A stretch of DNA of 64,000 bases from an uncultured Pseudomonadota bacterium (GCA_949297185.1 CASFRM010000001.1:19553-83552), one strand, 5' to 3'. Numbered from the stretch's first letter, positions 47,130 through 57,881 are shown. The notes: a model not told the origin generated them from the sequence alone. Made by a program: numbers and translations.

Positions 47130-48677
47130 TTAATTCAGATATTCTTCCAAAATTCCGGTCGTCAACAACTGCGGCAGGATGGTATATTTATTTGATTTTC
47201 CGTTATAATATACATAAAGCGGAACACCGGCTCGACCATATTTTTTGAGCAATTTTGCAACTTTTTTGTCTTGATTGGTAAAATCGACTTTTAACAAAAG
47301 AATATTTTTTTCTTTAACTAACTGCCGCATTGTTTTTGATTGCAGGGTCGTTTTTTGATTAACCAAGCAAGTAACACACCACTTTGCCGTAAAATCAATG
47401 AATACCGGTTGTTTGTTTTGCAACGCTTCTTCCAATTTCTGAGGTGAGTATTCTTGCCATACCGGCGAAGATTTGGCCTGCCACCACCCGAGTTGTGCCG
47501 ACAACACCCAAGCCAACCAAACTGCGGTTAAAGCCAAAGGAAGTGCCAGAATTTTTTTCAAAACCAACATCCATTTTCCTGGCTTGGGCAGAATTTTTTT
47601 CATTACTTTCGGATACCAAGCCAACAGAGCAAAGGGCAGGGCGTATCCTATACCCAAAGCTATGAAGACCGGAAAAAATATTTCGCCCGAAGAAATCAAA
47701 GCCAAACCGACTGCCGTCCCCATGAACGGCGCACTGCAAGGAGTAGCAATCAATACGGCCAATAATCCGGTCATAAAAGCATTAAGCTTGTGATTTTTAA
47801 AACTCAAAACTGCCAGTTTATTTAAGGCTTCACTGTTTATATTGATAACATCTGCCATCATAAGGGTAAGGAATATAAACAATATAAGCATAAATCCGAC
47901 AAACCACGGTGACTGTAGCTGGAATCCCCATATTGCCGCATTATTAAAGTTTCTGATAATAAACAAAGCCGAGGCAATTACCAACATCGAAACAATCACG
48001 CCCATAGAATAAAACAAGGCTTCTTGCTTTCTGGTTTCGGCTCTCATTTGCATTAAAGAAAGCAGTTTAATGCTCAAAACAGGGAATATGCACGGCATCA
48101 AGTTTAATATAACACCACCCAAAAAGGCCAACGACAAAATCACAAACCAATTTGTTGTTATTGAAGCAGTATCAATAGATGTTTCTTTTTTAGCTCCCAA
48201 AGCAAAATAATCTTCACTCTCGGCGAGTTTTATATCAAAATTGACATTGTCAAAAGGTTGGATGACAAGATTTCTTTCCTCGGGAATACATTCATCTTTA
48301 CAGGCTTGCCACGATATTTTAACCGGCAATTCCGATAGATAAGTTGATGCTTTTAATTTTGCCTTATAAAATATTTTTTTATCATAACCATCAAAAGAAA
48401 ACATCTCTTGAGCGAAATGAATCGGCTTACTAAAACTTTCTTCTGAAATAGTTACATCTTTAGGAAGCTGCCATTTGACGGTGAGCGGACCGCCGAAAGT
48501 TTGTTCATAAGGGGCAAAAACGTGCCATCCTTCTTTTACTGTCATTTCAATCAATACATTCAAGTTGTTATCGGCATCGTGTTTAACATAAGGCACGATT
48601 TTAAGATGGCTTTCTGCAGCAAAAGCGGCAGAAGCAAAAAAGACGAGAAAAAGGAACAAACTTCGGATAATACGCAT
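47130..48677 (-). CDS. DsbD/ScsB-like thiol:disulfide interchange membrane protein
   Basis: Signal peptide, CcdA-type core with LMPCIFPVLS and ATPCSAPFMG, and a C-terminal thioredoxin WCVTC motif. Confidence 0.88.
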   Translation of the reverse strand: MRIIRSLFLFLVFFASAAFAAESHLKIVPYVKHDADNNLNVLIEMTVKEGWHVFAPYEQTFGGPLTVKWQLPKDVTISEESFSKPIHFAQEMFSFDGYDKKIFYKAKLKASTYLSELPVKISWQACKDECIPEERNLVIQPFDNVNFDIKLAESEDYFALGAKKETSIDTASITTNWFVILSLAFLGGVILNLMPCIFPVLSIKLLSLMQMRAETRKQEALFYSMGVIVSMLVIASALFIIRNFNNAAIWGFQLQSPWFVGFMLILFIFLTLMMADVININSEALNKLAVLSFKNHKLNAFMTGLLAVLIATPCSAPFMGTAVGLALISSGEIFFPVFIALGIGYALPFALLAWYPKVMKKILPKPGKWMLVLKKILALPLALTAVWLAWVLSAQLGWWQAKSSPVWQEYSPQKLEEALQNKQPVFIDFTAKWCVTCLVNQKTTLQSKTMRQLVKEKNILLLKVDFTNQDKKVAKLLKKYGRAGVPLYVYYNGKSNKYTILPQLLTTGILEEYLN

Positions 48678-49366
48678 TACTTACCGTTTTTTTGTTGAAT
48701 AACCAATTTATAATAAGCCGAGGAAATTATGATTAGAGCTTTAATTATGCACCAACAGCCCAAAGCGATAGATATCGGCAAAAAGGCAAAAGGCATCAAG
48801 CACAAAAGGATAAATGCGGCAATGGTTTCAAATCCTTGAGCGATTCCTCCCAGATAGAAGGGCGATTCTGATAAATCTTTTGCTTTTTTATCATCGGCAT
48901 AGGCAACGATTCCGTATGTGAGCATTGCCGAGGCCGAAGCGGTAAAGCCAAACAACAAAAAGCTTGCCGGCAGAGCGTTTTCATCAGGATTAGCCAAAGC
49001 AAAACCGAAAATAACACCGGCATAGAAAATAAAGTCCAAAGAAGCATCAAGAAATACGCCGAACTTAGTAACACCTTCGGCTCTTGCAACAGCCCCGTCC
49101 ATAACATCGCAAAAGCGATTGATAAGGATACAAATCAAAGCCTCAAAATAGAGGTTCATCGCCAAAAAATTAACGGCAATCATACCGACGATAAAGCCGA
49201 ATATACTAACCATATTGGCATTAACATTATTTTTTACCAACTCTTTACCCCAAGAGTTGATTTTTTTATTCCAAGCAGATTTTTTCTCTGCGCATCTCAA
49301 GCACAAGTCTGATTTTTTATAGTCTTCCGCCAGTTTCTTAACTTTTTCGACGAACATTTTCATCAT
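48677..49366 (-). CDS. CDP-alcohol phosphatidyltransferase family protein
   Basis: DVMDGAVARAEGVTKFGVFLDASLD fits D-G-x2-A-R-x7,8-G-x3-D-x3-D. Multi-TM protein. Its stop overlaps the dsbD-like start (TAATG). Confidence 0.85.
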   Translation of the reverse strand: MMKMFVEKVKKLAEDYKKSDLCLRCAEKKSAWNKKINSWGKELVKNNVNANMVSIFGFIVGMIAVNFLAMNLYFEALICILINRFCDVMDGAVARAEGVTKFGVFLDASLDFIFYAGVIFGFALANPDENALPASFLLFGFTASASAMLTYGIVAYADDKKAKDLSESPFYLGGIAQGFETIAAFILLCLMPFAFLPISIALGCWCIIKALIIISSAYYKLVIQQKNGK

Positions 49367-49471
49367 AACATTTTCCCTGTTTAATTTAGTTTATTGACAG
49401 CAACCGCCTATAAATATAAAACAGTTTTTATGATTTGTAAAAAGCAACTTCAAAATTATACAAGGATAAAT

Positions 49472-50470
49472 ATGCGTTTTTTGCGATATCTTATATTTGT
49501 TTTAATTTTTAGCGGGATAATAGCGGTATTTTACCGTTATTTATCGCCGTACAGAGTTATAGATGGCAAAATTTTCGGCACTTACTATCAGATAAAAATT
49601 TTATCTGATTTCCATGATGACGATTTAGCAAACAAAATCAACAGAGTATTGAGTGATGTAAATTCTCAAATGTCGGTTTTTGATAAAGCAAGCGCAATTT
49701 CACAAATTAATCAGGCAAAAGCCGGCGAAAAGATGAATTTATCTCCGGAATTAGGCAAGGTAATGCAAGCTGCAGCCCAAGTTTATCAAGAATCAGGCGG
49801 AGCATTTGATGTCTCGCTCGGAATACTTATAGACTTGTGGGGATTCGGAGCCGGCAAACATAAAAATCCGGAGGCTGCAGAAATAAAAGAAGCACTAAAA
49901 ATATCCGGCTTTGATAAAATAAAGTTTGCCGCTGATTATTCATGGCTAAAAAAAGAAAATTCTGCAACCGTAATTAATCTTTCGGCAATAGCCAAAGGGT
50001 ATGGAGTTGATAAAGTGGCCGAACTGCTGGATGCCGAAGGCTATGAAAACTATGTTATAGAAATCGGCGGCGAGGTAAGAGCTAAAGGTTACCGCAATAA
50101 TAAAGGCGAGCCTTGGAATATAGGAATAAATTGGCCGGCAAGCGATAAAAAAGATAATATAATGATAGTATCATTAAGCAATGTATCGGTTGCAACCTCT
50201 GGCAATTATCGCAATTTCTATTACGAAAAAGGCAAAAAAATAGCTCACACCATATCCTCAAAAAGCGGATATCCTGCCGAGGTTGATATTCTTTCCGCAA
50301 GTGTATTTCACGATTCTTGCATGTATGCCGATGCCTATGCCACAGCTTTAATGTCTATGAATTTGCAAGAAGGTTTAGCCTTTGCCGATAAATACAATAT
50401 AAAGGCTATAATTTTTGACAATGAATTTAAACCGCATTATTCAACAGCGGCACAGAATGTTTTTGAGTAA
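49472..50470 (+). CDS. apbE: FAD:protein FMN transferase ApbE
   Basis: GGAFDVS, AIAKGYGVDKVA, ATSGNYRNF, and a C-terminal DAYATAL-type motif. ATG 49472 with AGGA upstream is preferred; the track start at 49394 is the TTG of a TTGACA hexamer. Confidence 0.88.
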   Translation: MRFLRYLIFVLIFSGIIAVFYRYLSPYRVIDGKIFGTYYQIKILSDFHDDDLANKINRVLSDVNSQMSVFDKASAISQINQAKAGEKMNLSPELGKVMQAAAQVYQESGGAFDVSLGILIDLWGFGAGKHKNPEAAEIKEALKISGFDKIKFAADYSWLKKENSATVINLSAIAKGYGVDKVAELLDAEGYENYVIEIGGEVRAKGYRNNKGEPWNIGINWPASDKKDNIMIVSLSNVSVATSGNYRNFYYEKGKKIAHTISSKSGYPAEVDILSASVFHDSCMYADAYATALMSMNLQEGLAFADKYNIKAIIFDNEFKPHYSTAAQNVFE

Positions 50471-50484
50471 CATGGTGATAGATT

Positions 50485-50895
50485 ATGACGGAAATATCTT
50501 GTGAAGCTATAATTAAATTTGTAGAGAATGGCAAAATAGGAGTTGCCGTAAAGCAAGCAGATGCTTGCGGCAGTTGTGCGGCACAAAAATTATGCCATGG
50601 TGAAAAAGAAGAAAAAATAATCTGGATAAACAATCCGCAAGAAGATTACAAGGTAGGAGAAGTTGTTTTAATATCAACAGACTATAAGAGTTGTATTCTC
50701 CCTGTAGTTTACGGCTATATTTTGCCGTTAGTATTATTTTTAGCCGTGGTTTTTGGATTATATGCTGCGGAATTTGATGAGATTATATGCGGAATATTTG
50801 GCATAATTATCTTGATTCCTTATTATTTTGGTTTATCCTTTGTGAGCAGAAAGATATTTTCAAACAATCAATTTAAGATAACAAAGAAACACTAA
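50485..50895 (+). CDS. rseC: RseC/MucC-family protein (SoxR-reducing system RseC-like)
   Basis: ADACGSCAAQKLC motif followed by two TM helices, located directly upstream of rnf. Confidence 0.75.
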   Translation: MTEISCEAIIKFVENGKIGVAVKQADACGSCAAQKLCHGEKEEKIIWINNPQEDYKVGEVVLISTDYKSCILPVVYGYILPLVLFLAVVFGLYAAEFDEIICGIFGIIILIPYYFGLSFVSRKIFSNNQFKITKKH

Positions 50896-50909
50896 AAAGG
50901 CCATAACCA

Positions 50910-51740
50910 ATGGATGATTCGATATTATCTAATGTATATATTTTAGGCGGAATAGCCTTTGTTGCGGCGACAGTTCTGTATTTAGTATCAAAAAAATTTG
51001 CGGTAAGAACCGATGAAATGGTTATAAAAATAGCCGAAGCTTTGCCCCAAGCCAACTGTGGTGCTTGCGGTAAGGCTGGATGTGCCGATTTTGCTACGGC
51101 TTGCGCTCGTTCCGACGAATCATCTTTTGCTAATTTGTATTGTCCGGTCGGTGGAGCCGCAGTTATGCAAAAAATTGCTTCACTCAAAGGATATGCCGCC
51201 ACCGACAGAGCACCGAGTGTTGCGGTTTTAAGATGTCAGGGAAGTTGTAAAAACGCTCCGATTAAGGTCGAATACGATGCTGTCAGCTCTTGCCGTATAG
51301 CAAACCGCATATCCAGTGGCCAAAGTGGTTGTCCGGATGGCTGCTTACATTTAGGTGATTGCGTAAAAGCTTGCAAATTCGGTGCGTTATCACTCAATAA
51401 AGAAACCGGAATGCCGGAGGTTGACACCAGAAAATGTGTTTCTTGCGGTGCTTGCGTTAAGGTTTGTCCGCGTGGTTTGTTTGAAATCAGAAAACAAAGT
51501 CAGGCCGGCGGCATGGTCTATGTCGCTTGCCGCAACAAACAAAAAGGAGCAGTTGCTCGCAAAAATTGCTCAAAAGCATGTATTGGTTGTATGAAATGCA
51601 GTAAGATAAACGAAGTTATTAAGGTTGAAAACAATCTTTCATATATTCCGCCGGAGTTAGATGCCGATACATTCGGCAAAGATTTGGCAGAAAATTGTCC
51701 CACCGGAGCCATAATCTACAAGGAGAGAATTCATGATTAA
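50910..51740 (+). CDS. rnfB: Rnf electron transport complex subunit B
   Basis: N-terminal TM helix, the CGACGKAGCADFA cluster, and several CxxCxxCxxxCP ferredoxin motifs. Confidence 0.92.
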   Translation: MDDSILSNVYILGGIAFVAATVLYLVSKKFAVRTDEMVIKIAEALPQANCGACGKAGCADFATACARSDESSFANLYCPVGGAAVMQKIASLKGYAATDRAPSVAVLRCQGSCKNAPIKVEYDAVSSCRIANRISSGQSGCPDGCLHLGDCVKACKFGALSLNKETGMPEVDTRKCVSCGACVKVCPRGLFEIRKQSQAGGMVYVACRNKQKGAVARKNCSKACIGCMKCSKINEVIKVENNLSYIPPELDADTFGKDLAENCPTGAIIYKERIHD

Positions 51741-53055
51741 AAAGTTTACTTTTCCAATGGGCGGAATTCACCTTGCTAAACATAAAGTTACAACCGATTG
51801 TCCGACAGTTGTTGCCGATATTCCAGAATTTGTGAGCATACCGATCAAACAACATATCGGTTCTCCCGCCAAAATTATGGTTTCCAAAGGAGACAAAGTA
51901 AGAGTTGGAACTCTTCTTGCCGATGCCGATGGTATTGTCTCGGCCGATGTCCATTCTTCGGTTTCGGGTGAGGTGACCAAAATAGAGGATTTACCCGGAG
52001 CCAGTGGTTATGAAGAAAAGATGATAACCATTAAGGTTGAAGGCGATAGCTGGGAAGAAGATATCGACCGTAGTGAAGATGTTGAAAAAGAAATAAATTT
52101 AACGCCCGAAGAAATAATTGCTAAAATTCGCTCAGCAGGCATTGTGGGTATGGGCGGAGCAGGGTATCCTACCCCGATAAAAACCACCATTCCCGAAGGT
52201 AAAAAAGCCAACATTTTGATAGTCAACGGCATTGAGTGCGAGCCGTTTTTAACCGCTGATGACAGACTTATGGTCGAAAAGGCCGAACAAATAATTATGG
52301 GAGCCAGAGTTCTTAATCGAGCATTAGGAATTCAAAACGCCGTAATAGCAATAGACGAAAATAAACCTAGAGCCATAGAAATACTAACTGCACTAAGCAA
52401 ACTATATGTCGGTGTTAATGTCAAAATTTGTAAGACCAAATATCCGCAAGGCGGAGAAAAGCAATTAATTAAAGCTATTACCGGACAAGAGTTGCCTTTG
52501 GGTAAACTTCCCATAGATATTGGTTGTATTGTTCAAAATGTCGGTACGGTTTTTGCGGTTTACGAAGCAGTACTAAAGAATAAACCCTTGTTTGAAAGAG
52601 TAGTTACGGTATCAGGCGACGGTTGCAAACACCCCGGCAACTATCTGGTAAGAATTGGTACTCCGATATCCTCACTGATTGAGCAAAGCGGCGGATTAGA
52701 TGAAAATGTCCATAAGATAGTTATGGGTGGCCCCATGATGGGCAATGCCGTTGTCAATTTATCTGCTCCGGTCACCAAAACCACTTCGGGAATTTTGTTG
52801 TTGCAAGACGGCGAATTTACCAAGAAAGAAGCCTCTTCTTGTATCAGATGCGGTAAATGTGCTTTGGCTTGTCCGGCCGGATTAAGACCTTTTGCCATCA
52901 AACAAGCCGTAAGTTTTAACGACACGGTCGAACACATGCGCAAGCTTCATGCCGGTGATTGTATAGAATGCGGATGCTGTGCTTTTGTATGTCCGGCCAA
53001 TATTCCGCTGCTCGATTATTGTAAGATAGCCAAACAAGAGATACGAAAGAAATAA
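51733..53055 (+). CDS. rnfC: Rnf complex subunit C
   Basis: GMGGAGYPT, NGIECEP, and two 4Fe-4S motifs CIRCGKCALACP and CIECGCCAFVCP. Confidence 0.94.
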   Translation: MIKKFTFPMGGIHLAKHKVTTDCPTVVADIPEFVSIPIKQHIGSPAKIMVSKGDKVRVGTLLADADGIVSADVHSSVSGEVTKIEDLPGASGYEEKMITIKVEGDSWEEDIDRSEDVEKEINLTPEEIIAKIRSAGIVGMGGAGYPTPIKTTIPEGKKANILIVNGIECEPFLTADDRLMVEKAEQIIMGARVLNRALGIQNAVIAIDENKPRAIEILTALSKLYVGVNVKICKTKYPQGGEKQLIKAITGQELPLGKLPIDIGCIVQNVGTVFAVYEAVLKNKPLFERVVTVSGDGCKHPGNYLVRIGTPISSLIEQSGGLDENVHKIVMGGPMMGNAVVNLSAPVTKTTSGILLLQDGEFTKKEASSCIRCGKCALACPAGLRPFAIKQAVSFNDTVEHMRKLHAGDCIECGCCAFVCPANIPLLDYCKIAKQEIRKK

Positions 53056-53056
53056 G

Positions 53057-54046
53057 ATGTTAAAGATATCTACCAATCCTCATGTTCAAACCTCAAGAGA
53101 TACTCAATCTTTGATGCTTGATGTTGTAATTGCTCTAATGCCTGCCGCAGTTGCAGCTCTAATGTTTTTCGGAATAGATGCCCTAAGGGTTATATTAACT
53201 TCGGTTGCCGGTTGTGTGCTGTTTGAATACTTAGCATGCCGCTATTGGTTAAAGAGCAAAAACACGACTACTGACTATTCGGCCATTATAACAGGATTGC
53301 TGTTGGCTTATAACTTGCCGTCGAGTATGCCTTGTTGGATGATATTAATCGGTTGTTTTATGGCAATAATCGTTGCCAAAATTTGCTTTGGCGGATTAGG
53401 CAAGAATATATTTAATCCTGCTTTGGTGGGTAGGGTGTTTTTGTTTATTTCATTTCCGGTGCAAATGACGGTTTGGCCGGTGCCTTACTTTTTAAAAATG
53501 GTAAGCCCTGACGGCGAAACCGGAGCCACGACCTTAAGAATGCTAAAAAGTATTGATGTTTCATCGTCGGCCACCTCAAAAATGTACTCGCTCTCAGATT
53601 TACCAAGTTATTTAGATATGTTTTTAGGTAATGTCGGAGGGTGTATTGGCGAGGTTTCGGCTTTAGCTCTGTTGCTTGGTTTTGGCTATATGCTTTATCG
53701 CAGAGTTATCACATGGCATATACCGGTATATTATTTGGGAACGGTGTTTATCATGACTGCCGTATTGTATTTTCTAACCGGAGAAGCTAAATTTTTACCG
53801 TTAGCTCATTTGCTTTCCGGAGGATTGATGTTGGGAGCCATTTTCATGGCAACCGACTACACGACCTCTCCGATGACGGTAAAAGGGCAGGTTATATTTG
53901 CCGTAGGCTGCGGTTTGTTGACGGTCATTATCAGGGCTTTTAGCGCCTATCCCGAAGGAGTATCTTTTGCCATATTGATAATGAATGCCTTGGTCCCGCT
54001 AATAGATAAGTATGCTATTCAACGTTGTTATGGAGAGAAAAAATAA
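53057..54046 (+). CDS. rnfD: Rnf complex subunit D
   Basis: Polytopic NqrB/RnfD pattern: NPALVGRVFL and the flavinylation region MATDYTTSPMT. Confidence 0.93.
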   Translation: MLKISTNPHVQTSRDTQSLMLDVVIALMPAAVAALMFFGIDALRVILTSVAGCVLFEYLACRYWLKSKNTTTDYSAIITGLLLAYNLPSSMPCWMILIGCFMAIIVAKICFGGLGKNIFNPALVGRVFLFISFPVQMTVWPVPYFLKMVSPDGETGATTLRMLKSIDVSSSATSKMYSLSDLPSYLDMFLGNVGGCIGEVSALALLLGFGYMLYRRVITWHIPVYYLGTVFIMTAVLYFLTGEAKFLPLAHLLSGGLMLGAIFMATDYTTSPMTVKGQVIFAVGCGLLTVIIRAFSAYPEGVSFAILIMNALVPLIDKYAIQRCYGEKK

Positions 54047-54639
54047 TGTCTAAGAAAAAACAAACAATTTTATCTCCGGTCATAACTTTGGTTACCATTT
54101 CATGCCTTTCGGCTTATGTTTTGGGCTATATTCACGAAAAAACTTTGGAACCTATAAAAGCAGCCAAAGACAAACAAGAATTACAAGCTATTTCCGAGGT
54201 TGTGAATGAGTTTGACAATAACCCGTTTAGCGAACAAATGAAAATCACCACCAAAAACAAAAAGCATAAATTGACCATGTATCCGGCACGCAAAGACGGT
54301 AAGTTAAATTCGGTAGCCATCAAAAGCTATACCAACACCGGATTTGGCGGCAGACTAGAGATTATGGCCGGATTTAATGTTGACGGCTCAATTAAGACTT
54401 TTAAGGTTATTTCCAGTCAAGAAACACCGGGACTTGGCAGTAAAGTTGATGAGCCGAAATTTAAAGAACAGTTTTCGGGTTTTTATCCGGCTCACCAGAT
54501 TATGAAAGTAAAACAAGACGGCGGAGAAATTGATGCCGTCACCGCAGCCACCATAAGCTCGCGAGCCGTAATCAAAGCTTTGGAAAGAGCTTATGATGCC
54601 TTTAGTAATTTTACGACGGGGAATACTACAGATGAATAG
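54046..54639 (+). CDS. rnfG: Rnf complex subunit G
   Basis: Single N-terminal TM helix and an FMN-binding domain with QETPGLG and [16 protein letters not shown] 54046 overlaps the rnfD stop (TAATG). Confidence 0.92.
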   Translation: MSKKKQTILSPVITLVTISCLSAYVLGYIHEKTLEPIKAAKDKQELQAISEVVNEFDNNPFSEQMKITTKNKKHKLTMYPARKDGKLNSVAIKSYTNTGFGGRLEIMAGFNVDGSIKTFKVISSQETPGLGSKVDEPKFKEQFSGFYPAHQIMKVKQDGGEIDAVTAATISSRAVIKALERAYDAFSNFTTGNTTDE

Positions 54640-54646
54640 TGTAAGT

Positions 54647-55228
54647 ATGTCAAATTTAACTCGCGGAATTTTCAAAGAAAATCCGACATTTGTAATGCTT
54701 TTGGGTATGTGCCCGACTTTGGGTGTTTCAACATCTGCTCTCAATGGTTTGGGCATGGGACTTGCCACTGCATTTGTGCTGATTATGTCAAACATCGGAA
54801 TTTCGGCAGTAAAACGATTGATACCCGACATTGTGAGAATACCGAGCTTTATCGTGATTATCGCTTCTTTTGTGACGGTTATTGAAATGCTTATGCAGGC
54901 TTATATGCCATCACTGTATCAAGCTTTGGGAATATATATTCCGTTGATTGTTGTAAATTGCATTATCTTAGGACGAGCCGAGGCTTTTGCTTCCAAAAAC
55001 AGTATTTGGCAGTCATTTCTTGATGCCGTAGGTATGGGGGTAGGGTTTACTTTTGCCCTAACCACTTTGGGCGCAATCAGAGAAATTTTGGGTAATGGTT
55101 CAATCTTCGGTTGGTCATTTGTTGGCGAAGAAGCACATCCCATGCTGTTGTTTATAATGCCTCCGGGAGCATTTTTGGCCTTGGCCGGAATTATAATTGT
55201 GGTTAACAAAATACGAGGAGTTAAGTAG
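54647..55228 (+). CDS. rnfE: Rnf complex subunit E
   Basis: [17 protein letters not shown] and [25 protein letters not shown] (54647) aligns with the RsxE N-terminus; an alternative ATG at 54632 overlaps rnfG. Confidence 0.92.
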   Translation: MSNLTRGIFKENPTFVMLLGMCPTLGVSTSALNGLGMGLATAFVLIMSNIGISAVKRLIPDIVRIPSFIVIIASFVTVIEMLMQAYMPSLYQALGIYIPLIVVNCIILGRAEAFASKNSIWQSFLDAVGMGVGFTFALTTLGAIREILGNGSIFGWSFVGEEAHPMLLFIMPPGAFLALAGIIIVVNKIRGVK

Positions 55229-55230
55229 CC

Positions 55231-55806
55231 ATGTCTTATCTGATGATATTTATTACCGCAATTTTCGTAAATAACATAATATTGTCGCAATTTTTAGGTA
55301 TTTGTCCGTTTTTGGGAGTATCAAAAAGGATATCTACCGCTTTGGGCATGGGCTTTGCCGTTATGTTTGTGATGACTTTGGCTACCACGGTTACCTATTT
55401 GATTTACTATACTTTTTTGCAACCATATGACTTAAAGTTTATGACAACGGTCACCTTTATCTTGGTGATAGCTTCGTTGGTGCAAATGGTTGAACTGGTT
55501 ATTAAAAAGACATCTCCGGCTTTGTATCAATCTTTAGGTATATTCTTGCCGTTGATAACAACAAACTGTGCGGTTTTGGGTATTGCTCTTTTAACCATTC
55601 AAAAAAATTACACTTTGATTGCCGGAATCTGCTACACATTAGCTTCGGCCATCGGTTTTACCTTAGCCATAGTTATTTTTGCCGGAATCAGAGAACGACT
55701 TGATAGGACGGATATTCCTCAGGCACTAAAAGGCACCCCGATAGTACTGATATCGGCAGCTCTGTTATCAATGGCCTTTATGGGATTTGCCGGAATTTCT
55801 TACTAA
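55231..55806 (+). CDS. rnfA: Rnf complex subunit A
   Basis: VNNIILSQFLGICPFLGVSK and FLPLITTNCAVLG. Confidence 0.93.
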   Translation: MSYLMIFITAIFVNNIILSQFLGICPFLGVSKRISTALGMGFAVMFVMTLATTVTYLIYYTFLQPYDLKFMTTVTFILVIASLVQMVELVIKKTSPALYQSLGIFLPLITTNCAVLGIALLTIQKNYTLIAGICYTLASAIGFTLAIVIFAGIRERLDRTDIPQALKGTPIVLISAALLSMAFMGFAGISY

Positions 55807-56444
55807 GCTTTAATAAGTTCACAAGCTTTTTTGACAATATCATCAAACATTTGATATGTCAAAACACCTGTGTTGATGTTGTATCGAGAAGTATGGTACG
55901 AGTTAAGCATAATGAGGTTATGCTTATCAAGCTTATGAATTGAGCCATGGGCAAATTTGAAAGCAGCTTTTTTGTAGCCCAAAACGCCCAAAACCGCATT
56001 GTGAGCCACGCTGCCTAAGGTCAATACCAGTTTCAAATTTGGCATATTCTTAATTTCTTCAATCAAATATGTTCCGCATGCTTTTATTTCATCACCGGTA
56101 ACCTTATTTTGTGGCGGTACGCATTTCACCGAATTAGTAATTCTGGTATTAATAAGCTCAAACCCGTCATCGGCTCTTTTGCCGTAGTTGCCTTTAGCCA
56201 GACCATATTTTTTCAGAATAGGGTACAAGACATCACCGGCATAGTCATTTGTAAAAGGCCTGCCGGTCTGATTAGCCCCGTTAAGCCCCGGAGCAAGTCC
56301 GATAATAAGGATTTCTGCATCAAGATTACCAAACGGCGGAACCGGTGCGTTGAAATATGTAGGAAACTTTTTGATGTTGCCACTTCTAAATTCAAGCAAT
56401 CTCGGGCATTTATTACAAGATTTATCAGGCGGGCAAAAAGTCAT
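55803..56444 (-). CDS. Uracil-DNA glycosylase superfamily protein (family 4/5 type, Fe-S)
   Basis: CNKCPRL, IIGLAPGLNGANQTGRPFTNDYAG, NSYHTSRYN. The GLAPG.NGAN form resembles family 5 (UdgB). Confidence 0.82.
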   Translation of the reverse strand: MTFCPPDKSCNKCPRLLEFRSGNIKKFPTYFNAPVPPFGNLDAEILIIGLAPGLNGANQTGRPFTNDYAGDVLYPILKKYGLAKGNYGKRADDGFELINTRITNSVKCVPPQNKVTGDEIKACGTYLIEEIKNMPNLKLVLTLGSVAHNAVLGVLGYKKAAFKFAHGSIHKLDKHNLIMLNSYHTSRYNINTGVLTYQMFDDIVKKACELIKA

Positions 56445-56462
56445 TATAAATACTCCTAAATG

Positions 56463-57881
56463 TTACGACAACGGATCATTGCGATATCTTAACATATGTT
56501 TCTTTAAGAAAATCTTACGCATTTCGGTCGGATTTAGTTTTGATATTATATAAAAGTATCCCGAGCATACAACCAGAGCCCCACCTAACCAAGCAATCGG
56601 TCCGGCCCAGAATATGCCGACATATCCGATATTTTTAGCCAAGTAGATTGCGGCAAAAGCTCTAACCAAAAGCTCAACAATTCCCGAAGCAAGAGGAATA
56701 TTAGTTCTTCCCATTCCTTGCAAAGCGTTACGAGCAATAAATATGCAAGAAAGGCAGAAGTAGAAATAAGAGCTTATCATCAAATATTGTTCACCGATAT
56801 TGATAATATTCATATCTCCTCCGTCGATAAAGGCCGATACAAAGTGAGCTCCGTAAAATCTAACGCTAAGAGTTATGATGATGCTCAAGATTAGGCAAGC
56901 TAATAAAGATTGTCTGACGCCTTGACGGATTCTTCTGATAAGTGCGGCGCCATAGTTCTGAGCCGAAAATGTGGCAAATGCAATACCCAAAGCAAACAAC
57001 GGTTGGGTCGAGAGTTGCTCGATACGCATAGCAGCGGTAAAACCGGCAATAACATCGGTTCCGAAAGAATTGCACACACTTTGTACTATCATCATACTCA
57101 AAGCCAAAATAGAAAACTGCAAAGCCATCGGAACGGCTACTCTTAGGTGTTCCATCATAAACTTGTGATTATAATGACAATCTTGTCTGGTTATTCTAAG
57201 TAGCGGGAATTTTTTTGCAATAAAAATAACACAAGCTAATACGCTTAATAACATTGAGCAAAAAGTACCGCAGGCAGAACCGGCAACACCGAGTTTAAGA
57301 TTATAAATAAAAAAGAAATTAAGCACGATATTTAATATAGAAGATGCTATCAGAAAATATAGCGGTGTTTTAGAATCACCAAGTGCTCTGATAAATCCGG
57401 ATAAGAGGTTGTAAAGCACGATAAAAGTTATGGAAAGCCCCAAGATTAGCATAAAGATATGAGCTTCTTCCATGATTTCTGCCGGCACATTCATTAGTTT
57501 GAGCAACGGACGCAAAAAGAGTAATAAAGCAGCCGAAATAAGTAAACTCAAACCCATAGCGGCAATAAGAGAGTGAAAAACCGAAGATTTTATACCATGG
57601 ACATCACGCGCGCCAAATCTCTGAGCCGTAATTATGGTAAGCCCGGCAGTAAAACCGAATGCAACCATCAAAAACATAAAAAATATAGGTGCAGAAGCCC
57701 CAACGGCAGCCAAAGATTTAACACCGAGTAGTCTTCCGACAATAAGAATATCGGAGATTTGAAATAGCTGCTGAAAAATATTACCGATAAGAATAGGTAT
57801 TGCGAATAGTATAATAAGTTTTATCGGATTTCCTCTTGTTAAATCTTTTATCATCTGTCTCACCATAAATTCAAAAAACAA
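56463..57881 (-). CDS. MATE-family efflux transporter
   Basis: 12-TM profile with an N-terminal LTRGNPIKLIILFAIPILIGNIFQQLFQISD motif typical of NorM/DinF-like MATE proteins. The start may be MIKDLTRG (57854). Confidence 0.88.
   Translation of the reverse strand: MFFEFMVRQMIKDLTRGNPIKLIILFAIPILIGNIFQQLFQISDILIVGRLLGVKSLAAVGASAPIFFMFLMVAFGFTAGLTIITAQRFGARDVHGIKSSVFHSLIAAMGLSLLISAALLLFLRPLLKLMNVPAEIMEEAHIFMLILGLSITFIVLYNLLSGFIRALGDSKTPLYFLIASSILNIVLNFFFIYNLKLGVAGSACGTFCSMLLSVLACVIFIAKKFPLLRITRQDCHYNHKFMMEHLRVAVPMALQFSILALSMMIVQSVCNSFGTDVIAGFTAAMRIEQLSTQPLFALGIAFATFSAQNYGAALIRRIRQGVRQSLLACLILSIIITLSVRFYGAHFVSAFIDGGDMNIINIGEQYLMISSYFYFCLSCIFIARNALQGMGRTNIPLASGIVELLVRAFAAIYLAKNIGYVGIFWAGPIAWLGGALVVCSGYFYIISKLNPTEMRKIFLKKHMLRYRNDPLS

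Noticed and set aside
50873-51202. 109-aa minus-strand ORF over the rseC end and rnfB start
   Set aside because: It is antisense to rnfB, whose Cys-cluster motifs are intact. There is no RBS.
56463-57881. MATE transporter as the missing Wzx-like flippase of the glycan locus
   Set aside because: It lies 32 kb from the locus, is co-oriented with udg, and has a NorM/DinF-like N-terminal motif. There is no evidence linking it to glycan export.
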